A DNA stretch of 64,000 nt from an uncultured Acidimicrobiia bacterium (GTDB taxonomy: Bacteria; Actinomycetota; Acidimicrobiia; Acidimicrobiales; AC-14). The stretch lies in contig CAWIIV010000024.1 in the NCBI GenBank assembly GCA_963836205.1, positions 160,001-224,000 of the forward strand, written 5' to 3'. Position 1 is the stretch's first letter; each line of letters begins with the position of its first letter. Of the stretch, positions 57,901-64,000 are shown piece by piece. Both the position numbers and the translations under genes were made by a program. Below the pieces are notes generated by a model, which worked only from the letters and a program-made list of their open reading frames with translations, ran no database searches and had not been told where the DNA came from.

Positions 57901-58554
57901 TTACCCCCGGGACGGGGCGGTTGCGGGCACGCCGCCGCGGGCGACGACGTCGAGGTCGACCTCGCCCCGGGCGACCAGTCCGACGACGTCGAGGGACAGG
58001 CGGGGCTCGCACGCCCGCACCCGGTCCCGCAGGCTCTCAAGGGTGTCGTCGGCCAGCACCGGCACCCGGTATTGCAGCACCACCGGCCCGTGGTCGTACT
58101 CCTCGTCGACCAGGTGCACGCTCGGGCCCGTCTCCTTCTCGCCGGCGGCCAACACCGCCTCGTAGACCCGGTCGCCGTACATCCCCTCGCCCCCGTAGGC
58201 CGGCAGCAGGGCGGGGTGGATGTTGAGGATGCGGTTGCGGAAGGCGGCCACCGTCGCCGGGCCCAGGCGCTTCATGTACCCCGACAGGAACACCAGGTCG
58301 ACCGCCCGCTCGAGCAGAACCCCGGCGATGGCCTGGTCGAGACGCCCCGGGTCGGGATGGGTGCGGCTGCTCAGGTGGCATCGGTCGATGCCGTGCTCCC
58401 GGGCGTAGTCGAGGATGGTGGCGTCGCCGTTGTTGCTCACCAGCACGACCAGTTCACCGTCGAGGGTGCCCGCCCGGCAGGCGGCGTCGATGTGGCGGAG
58501 GTTGGTGCCGTTGTGGGACGCGATCCCGGCGATCCGCAGCGGCCCGTCCCCCAT
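57901..58554 (-). CDS. purN: Phosphoribosylglycinamide formyltransferase
   Basis: ASHNGTN, LSGYM, LNIHPALLP, GPSVHLVDEEYDHGP. Confidence 0.95.
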   Translation of the reverse strand: MGDGPLRIAGIASHNGTNLRHIDAACRAGTLDGELVVLVSNNGDATILDYAREHGIDRCHLSSRTHPDPGRLDQAIAGVLLERAVDLVFLSGYMKRLGPATVAAFRNRILNIHPALLPAYGGEGMYGDRVYEAVLAAGEKETGPSVHLVDEEYDHGPVVLQYRVPVLADDTLESLRDRVRACEPRLSLDVVGLVARGEVDLDVVARGGVPATAPSRG

Positions 58555-58569
58555 CGGCGCCTACCGTAG

Positions 58570-59559
58570 CTACGGGGCCGCGGGCGCCGGGGAATCGGCC
58601 CTCGGCGTGGGCGTGGCCGTGGGCGGCCGGCGACGGAAGAGGCGGCTCAGCCCCCAGATCACGAGGCCCAGGACGACGATCGGTACCGCCCAGCCGACCA
58701 CGATGATCATCCCGCCGACCACCGCCACCGCCCCGTCGACCGACCGGCGGAAGGCGTTGGCCAGGCCCTCGTCGTCGTCGACCGGTCGGGGCTCGAAGCC
58801 GGCGCCCGGCTCGAAGACCGACACCTGGATGGTGGCCAGCGACGCCGCCTGCTCCAGGTTCTGCTTCTGGGCGGTGAGCTGCTCGATCTGCTGCCGCACG
58901 TTGAAGAGCGAGTTCTGCACCTCCAGCACCTCGCCCACCGCGGTCGCCCGACCCAGCAGGCCCCGCAGGGCCTCCTCCTGGGCGACGAGGCTCCTGAGCC
59001 GGGCGTCGTAGTCGACCAGCTGGCCGCTCACGTCCTCGCCCCGCAGGGCCTGGTACTCGACCTTGCCGAGGGCGGCCAGGTCACGGCGGGCGGCGTCGAA
59101 GCGGTCGGACGGCACCCGCACGGTGAGCTCGCCGGCCCGGGCCTTCTCGATCGACGACGTGGACGACCCGGCCACGAATCCGCCGTGGGCGGCAGCGATG
59201 GACGCCACCCGGTCGAAGGCGACGTCGAAGCCGTTCTTGCCCACGTTCACCCGCAGCTCGCCGCTGCGGACGATCCTGGGCGACCCGGGTACGGGCGTCG
59301 ACCCTCCGTCCGGCGGCACCGGGCCGATCTGCTTGAAGTCGGCGTCCATCCCGGGGGCGGCGATGGACGCGCCGGCGCCGGCATCGGCGACCCCGCCCGC
59401 CGCGCTCTCCCGGCCGGGCACGACCGTCCCCCCGGTGGCCAGGTCGTCGTCGGACTTCAGGCTGCCGAGCGCCGCCACCAGGGCGCCGGCCACGACCAGC
59501 GCCACGACCGCCGCCGCCACCGTCCGCCCCCGGTTCCCACCGATCCGAACCCGTGCCAT
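58570..59559 (-). CDS. DUF4349 domain membrane protein
   Basis: IVRSGEL, HGGFV, LTVRVP, EDVSGQLVD, C-terminal TM. Confidence 0.82.
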   Translation of the reverse strand: MARVRIGGNRGRTVAAAVVALVVAGALVAALGSLKSDDDLATGGTVVPGRESAAGGVADAGAGASIAAPGMDADFKQIGPVPPDGGSTPVPGSPRIVRSGELRVNVGKNGFDVAFDRVASIAAAHGGFVAGSSTSSIEKARAGELTVRVPSDRFDAARRDLAALGKVEYQALRGEDVSGQLVDYDARLRSLVAQEEALRGLLGRATAVGEVLEVQNSLFNVRQQIEQLTAQKQNLEQAASLATIQVSVFEPGAGFEPRPVDDDEGLANAFRRSVDGAVAVVGGMIIVVGWAVPIVVLGLVIWGLSRLFRRRPPTATPTPRADSPAPAAP

Positions 59560-59654
59560 CACGTTCCTCCTCGTCGTGCGTCATCCAGTGGACGACCCTG
59601 CTCCCGGGGAAGTTCCAGGGGCGCCCGAGGCGTCGGCGGTAGACTCGGCGTCCC

Positions 59655-59948
59655 ATGTCCAAGTGGTTGGTCGAGCGCAGACTCTCCGAATCGGCCGAGC
59701 GCCTCAAGCGTTTGCGGGCCGAGATCGTGGTGGCCGACGAGCAGCTGCGTTCGCTCGCCGACACGGCCGACGACGCCCGCCTGCGGGCGCTCATGTCGGA
59801 GACGCCCAGGGCGGAGCAGGAGCACCGCGAGGCCCAACGCCACGCCGACGCCATGGCCCGCCACCGCTCCGAGCTCGAAGCCGAGGTCCGCATGCTCCAG
59901 GAGTCCCAGGACGATCTCCTCGACCGCCTGGCGCGCGAGCTCGACTGA
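59655..59948 (+). CDS. Hypothetical coiled-coil protein
   Basis: Heptad-rich helical sequence; TAGACT -10 upstream. Confidence 0.7.
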   Translation: MSKWLVERRLSESAERLKRLRAEIVVADEQLRSLADTADDARLRALMSETPRAEQEHREAQRHADAMARHRSELEAEVRMLQESQDDLLDRLARELD

Positions 59949-59967
59949 CCCCGATGACCGACAACTA

Positions 59968-60552
59968 GTGGCAATTCGAATCGTCATCGCCGAGGACGAG
60001 GCCCTGATCCGCCTCGACCTTCAGGAGACCCTCGAGGAGGAGGGCTACGAAGTCGTGGGCGCAGTCGGGCGGGGCGACGACGCGGTGGCCCTGGTCAAGG
60101 AGCTCAGTCCCGACCTGGCCATCCTCGACATCAAGATGCCGGGCATGGACGGCATCGCCGCGGCCAAGGAGATCGTCTCCGCCCGCCGGGCGGCGGTGCT
60201 CATCCTCACCGCCTTCAGCCAGCGTGACCTGGTGGAGAAGGCCACCACCGCGGGCGCCGTCGGCTACCTGGTCAAGCCGTTCCAGAAGAGCGAGCTGATC
60301 CCCGCCATCGAGGTGGCCATCGCCCGGTTCAAGGAGCTGCGGGCGCTGGAGGACGAGGTCCACAGCCTGGAGGACCAACTCGTCACCCGCCGCCTGGTCG
60401 ACCGGGCCAAGGGGATGCTCATGGACCGCCACAAGATGCCGGAGGGCGAGGCGTTCTCGTTCATCCAGCAGACCGCCATGCGCCAGCGTGCCAAGATGCG
60501 AGCCGTCGCCCAGCAGATCATCGACGGCGAGCTCGTTCCTCCGTCGGCTTAG
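59968..60552 (+). CDS. pdtaR: ANTAR-domain response regulator (PdtaR-like)
   Basis: AEDEALIRLDL, DIKMP, YLVKPF, VDRAKGMLM...AFSFIQQTAM. Confidence 0.9.
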   Translation: MAIRIVIAEDEALIRLDLQETLEEEGYEVVGAVGRGDDAVALVKELSPDLAILDIKMPGMDGIAAAKEIVSARRAAVLILTAFSQRDLVEKATTAGAVGYLVKPFQKSELIPAIEVAIARFKELRALEDEVHSLEDQLVTRRLVDRAKGMLMDRHKMPEGEAFSFIQQTAMRQRAKMRAVAQQIIDGELVPPSA

Positions 60553-61460
60553 TCCGGCGTCCCGGGGGCCGAAGCCACCGGGGCGTCGCGCCCGACGACG
60601 TCGGCGAGGTCGACCACTGCGCCCGGCAGGAGCGCGACGGCGATGGCGGCGATCACGATGCGCCCGCCGAGCACCACCGTCCGGCTCCGCAGGGCACGAA
60701 CGAGCGGGGGAACCTGCGAGGCGACGACGACGATGATCAGCGCTGCAACGAGCGGGATCATGAGGAACACGGCGGGGATCAGTAGCAGGACCGGGAGGAT
60801 CAGGGGGAGGAGCGAGCGGACGCGCTCGCGTCTCGACGCCTCGACCATCGGGAATCGGGTGCTGAAGCGGTTGGCGATGGCGACCACCGCCATCCCGTGG
60901 GCGATGGCGGCCAGGCCGAACGTGAGCGCCGCCAGCCATCCCGGCCCGACGATGTCGAAGTCGGGGTTGCCCGGACGCAGGGGGTCGATTCTCGTGGCCG
61001 CAACCACCAGATGCAGCGCGCCGAAGGCGAGTCCACCGAGCCGGCCGCTCGGCAGCCACCGCCGGCAGGTGACATAGATGGCGCCGCTGAGCAGACCGGG
61101 GAGTACGCCACCGAAGAGATACAGGCCGATCGTGCCGTCGATGCTGATCTCCCCGACGACCTCCTCCGCCTCGGTGATCGCGCCCTGGGCGCCGTCGCCC
61201 GCACTGGCGGCCAGCAGCCGCATGATCAGGCGGACCGCAGGGCCGGTCACGAGGGCACCGGCCCAGAAGCCGCCGACGAGCGCGACGGCCACGCCCCGGA
61301 GGTAGCTGAGGGCGGCCACTTTGGGGGACGGGTTGGCGTCCGAGTCGGGGTCGGGCACCCAGGGCCGGTAAGGCGTCGCGCCCCAACGGAGCGTCAGCGT
61401 GATCCCGACGAGCAGGAGGACGCCCAGGATCACCATCAGGATCACGGGGCCATCATGCAC
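60549..61460 (-). CDS. Hypothetical multi-TM membrane protein
   Basis: About 7 hydrophobic segments, RLIMRLLA motif. Confidence 0.7.
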   Translation of the reverse strand: MHDGPVILMVILGVLLLVGITLTLRWGATPYRPWVPDPDSDANPSPKVAALSYLRGVAVALVGGFWAGALVTGPAVRLIMRLLAASAGDGAQGAITEAEEVVGEISIDGTIGLYLFGGVLPGLLSGAIYVTCRRWLPSGRLGGLAFGALHLVVAATRIDPLRPGNPDFDIVGPGWLAALTFGLAAIAHGMAVVAIANRFSTRFPMVEASRRERVRSLLPLILPVLLLIPAVFLMIPLVAALIIVVVASQVPPLVRALRSRTVVLGGRIVIAAIAVALLPGAVVDLADVVGRDAPVASAPGTPD

Positions 61461-61475
61461 CCGCCGGGAGTTGGA

Positions 61476-62360
61476 TCAGTCGGGCGACGCCCCGGCCGAC
61501 TTCACCGCGTGGCCGCCGAAGCCGTGGCGGAGGAGGGCCAGCACCTTCATGGCGGGGGAGTCGTCCTGGCGGGACGTGAACCGGGCGAAGAGCGACGCCG
61601 ACAGGACGTTCGCCGGCACGCCCAGCCGGACCGCCTCCTCGACCGTCCACCGGCCCTCGCCAGAGTCCTCCACGTAGGGCCTGATCCGCTCCAGCTTCGG
61701 GTCGTCGGTCAGGCCGACCGCGAGCAGCTCGAGCAGCCAGCTGCGGATGACGCTGCCGAATCCCCAGGCCTGGACGACCGCCGTGGTGTTGATCCCGAGC
61801 TCGCTCGCCCCCAGCAGCTCGAACCCCTCGGCGTAGGCCTGCATCATCCCGTACTCGATCCCGTTGTGGACCATCTTGGTGAAGTGGCCGGCGCCCACCG
61901 GCCCGCAGTGCACGAACCCCCCCTCGGGGGCGAGGGCGTCGAAGATCGGCTGCATGACGGCCACCTTCTCCGCCTCACCGCCGACCATCAGGCAGAAGCC
62001 CTCCTCGAGGCCCCAGATGCCGCCGCTCACGCCGGCGTCGACGAAGAACAGGCCTCGGTCGGCCAGCAGCTGCCCCCGGCGCATGGAGTCGTGGTAGTTG
62101 GAGTTGCCACCGTCGATCACCAGGTCTCCGGGCTCCAGCAGATCGGCCAGCTCGGCGATCGTCCCCTCGGTCGGGGCACCGGCCGGCACCATCACCCACA
62201 CCGCCCGGGGCGCGGGCAGGGCGGCGATCAGGTCGGCGACCGAGGCCGCGTCGCGGTGCTCGGGCGAGAAGTCGAAGCCGACCACGTCGTGGCCCCGCCC
62301 TCGGAGCCGCTGTGTCATCCCCCAGCCCATCCGCCCCAACCCGACCATGCCCAGCTTCAT
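61476..62360 (-). CDS. gnd: 6-phosphogluconate dehydrogenase (short, NAD+-dependent type)
   Basis: GLGRMG, WVMVPAG, DGGNS, SGG, KMVHNGIEY, DSGEGRW, FGGH. Confidence 0.94.
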   Translation of the reverse strand: MKLGMVGLGRMGWGMTQRLRGRGHDVVGFDFSPEHRDAASVADLIAALPAPRAVWVMVPAGAPTEGTIAELADLLEPGDLVIDGGNSNYHDSMRRGQLLADRGLFFVDAGVSGGIWGLEEGFCLMVGGEAEKVAVMQPIFDALAPEGGFVHCGPVGAGHFTKMVHNGIEYGMMQAYAEGFELLGASELGINTTAVVQAWGFGSVIRSWLLELLAVGLTDDPKLERIRPYVEDSGEGRWTVEEAVRLGVPANVLSASLFARFTSRQDDSPAMKVLALLRHGFGGHAVKSAGASPD

Positions 62361-62427
62361 GGGCCGCCCTCCGCGCTCGATGACTGCGACGAGGCTACGT
62401 CCGCGCTACCCGGGCTCCGGGCCCGAC

Positions 62428-63087
62428 TCAGACCTTGGCGACGAACAGCTGGCTGGCGAGGGCGGGGCCGAGGGCGATGCTGCCGCTCTCGAGGGTGAGG
62501 GTGAGGGTGCCGTCGGGGGCCTTGGACCGGACCTCGGCGCCGGTGCCGGGCACGAAGCCGTGGTCGTCGAGGTAGACGAGGGCGTCCATGTCGACCTCGA
62601 CCTGCTCGGTGACCCGCTCCAGCCGGATGCGGTCGCCCGGCTCCGAGTCGGCCAGGGCCGACAGCTGCCGCAGCGGACCGCCCGCGCCCGGGATGGGATT
62701 GCCGTGGGGACACGTGGCGGGGTTGCCCAGCAACTCCACCAGGCGCTCCTCGACCTCGTCGGAGATGACGTGCTCCCACCGGCACGCCTCCTCGTGGGTC
62801 TTGTGCCAGGGGATGCCGATCACGTCGGTGAGCAGGCGCTCGGCCAGCCGGTGCTTGCGGACCACGCTCACCGCCCGGGTGCGGCCCTTGTCGGTGAGGC
62901 TGAGCGACCGCCCGTCGAGGGCCACGTAGCCGTCGGTGCGCAGCCGGCGCACCATTTCCGACACCGAAGGAGCCGAGTGGCCGAGGTGTTCGGCGAGGCG
63001 GGCCTGGATGACCTGGACGCCTTCTTCCTCCAACTCCCAGATCGCCTCCAGGTACTCCTCGAGGGGGGGGTGGAAGCCGTCGGCCAT
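62428..63087 (-). CDS. DtxR/IdeR family metal-dependent regulator
   Basis: EEYL, SVSEMVRRL, RKHRLAERLL, EACRWEH, CPHGNPIP, C-terminal FeoA-like domain. Confidence 0.93.
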   Translation of the reverse strand: MADGFHPPLEEYLEAIWELEEEGVQVIQARLAEHLGHSAPSVSEMVRRLRTDGYVALDGRSLSLTDKGRTRAVSVVRKHRLAERLLTDVIGIPWHKTHEEACRWEHVISDEVEERLVELLGNPATCPHGNPIPGAGGPLRQLSALADSEPGDRIRLERVTEQVEVDMDALVYLDDHGFVPGTGAEVRSKAPDGTLTLTLESGSIALGPALASQLFVAKV

Positions 63088-63135
63088 GGCCGGTCATCGT
63101 AGTCCCCGGGGCCGGCGAACGGGCCGACTCGACCG

Positions 63136-63651
63136 TCAGGTGTGTTGTTCGGCCGCGGCCCGGGCGAAGTGGAGGAAGTCGGCGACGGTCACCGATGTGA
63201 GCACGGCGGCCGTCATCCGGGTGCCCCGGGGGGCGAGGACGAGCCCGAACGTGAACGCCGTCGCCAGCCACTGGCTGATGCAGAAGGGGCAGGTCACAAG
63301 CTCGCCGATGGCCTTGCGGGCGCCCGTCCCCCGCACCTTCTCCTTGAGCTCGGCGGGGCCGGTGGTGGTGCCCTCGAACCGGGTGAACGGCGCCCGCAGG
63401 GGACTGGTGACGGGCGACTTGGCGATGAGCCGGCTCAGGCGGTGGGTGGCCACCGACACCAGGGCCACGTCCGACCACGCCGGGCGCTCCGGCAGGCCCC
63501 GCCGGCCGACCGCCACCGCCCCCGCGGCCACGAAGGCGCCGTAGACGGCCAGCAGCCCGGCGAAGGACTCCATGGGCAGGTCGGCATCGCCCCGGTAGGC
63601 GTCCACCTCCCGGCTGACGCGCTCCGTGGTGTGGCGGAGGGTGTCGGTCAT
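63136..63651 (-). CDS. DUF1360 domain membrane protein
   Basis: ATHRLSRLI, LRAPF, GELVTCPFC..QW. Confidence 0.85.
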   Translation of the reverse strand: MTDTLRHTTERVSREVDAYRGDADLPMESFAGLLAVYGAFVAAGAVAVGRRGLPERPAWSDVALVSVATHRLSRLIAKSPVTSPLRAPFTRFEGTTTGPAELKEKVRGTGARKAIGELVTCPFCISQWLATAFTFGLVLAPRGTRMTAAVLTSVTVADFLHFARAAAEQHT

Positions 63652-63691
63652 GGCTGAGGACTACCCACGCCGGCGGTCGTAGCATCCGGGG

Positions 63692-64000
63692 ATCGCCAAG
63701 ATCCTCCTCCTCGACGGCAATTCCATGGCCTACCGGGCCTTCTTCGCCCTTCCCACCGACCTGGCCACCGCCTCCGGGCAGGTCACCAACGCGGTCTACG
63801 GGTTCACGTCGATGCTCATCAACCTGTTCAAGGACCACCACCCCGACGCCATCGCGGTCTCGTTCGACCGTCCCGAGCGCACGTTCCGCCACGACCTGGT
63901 CGACGACTACAAGGCGGGACGGGCCGCCGCCCCCGACATCCTCCGCCAGCAGATGGGCCTCGTCCGCCAGGTGGTCGAGACCCTGAAGATCCCCATCGTC
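63692..64000 (+). CDS. polA: DNA polymerase I, N-terminal 5'-3' exonuclease (partial)
   Basis: IAKILLLDGNSMAYRAFFALP...TNAVYGFTSML...FD...TFRH...YKAGR; runs off the right edge. Confidence 0.92.
   Translation, partial: MAKILLLDGNSMAYRAFFALPTDLATASGQVTNAVYGFTSMLINLFKDHHPDAIAVSFDRPERTFRHDLVDDYKAGRAAAPDILRQQMGLVRQVVETLKIPIV

Noticed and set aside
59900-64000. tRNA gene often found near pdtaR/polA in Actinobacteria
   Set aside because: No T-loop (GTTCRA) cloverleaf seen here or elsewhere in the window.

Overview
High-GC (about 70-75% by eye) actinobacterial chromosome segment; gene content and many leaderless genes fit an Acidimicrobiia-like organism (inference). Most of it is housekeeping or accessory metabolism: LigD ligase domain, hemA/hemE/hemH/hemY, a heme peroxidase, a PadR-DrrAB ABC exporter, TPP riboswitch plus thiC, UdgX, ogt, pyk, murA, HelD-like helicase, malQ, purN, PdtaR, gnd, IdeR/DtxR and the start of polA. 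The most striking locus is at the left edge (1-3285, minus strand). A SigF/SigB-type promoter precedes three small acidic proteins that share a RiPP-like leader ending in A(L/V)P(D/E)R(E/Q)AMS and have Asn/Gln/Ala/Val beta-repeat cores. These are followed by an M50 membrane metallopeptidase with an N-terminal PqqD/RRE-like domain, and then a Sec-secreted protein carrying CxxC versions of the same repeat. I interpret this as a candidate leader-dependent secreted fibre or functional-amyloid system. Other notable items: an unannotated 46-aa metallothionein, a split orphan VioB/StaD-like gene pair, an ECF sigma module with three matching promoters and a truncated anti-sigma, a 17-bp palindromic bidirectional promoter, several REP/MITE-like palindromes and a low-GC islet. 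Several single-base frameshifts are probably assembly errors. All calls come from reading the sequence; no database searches were run.
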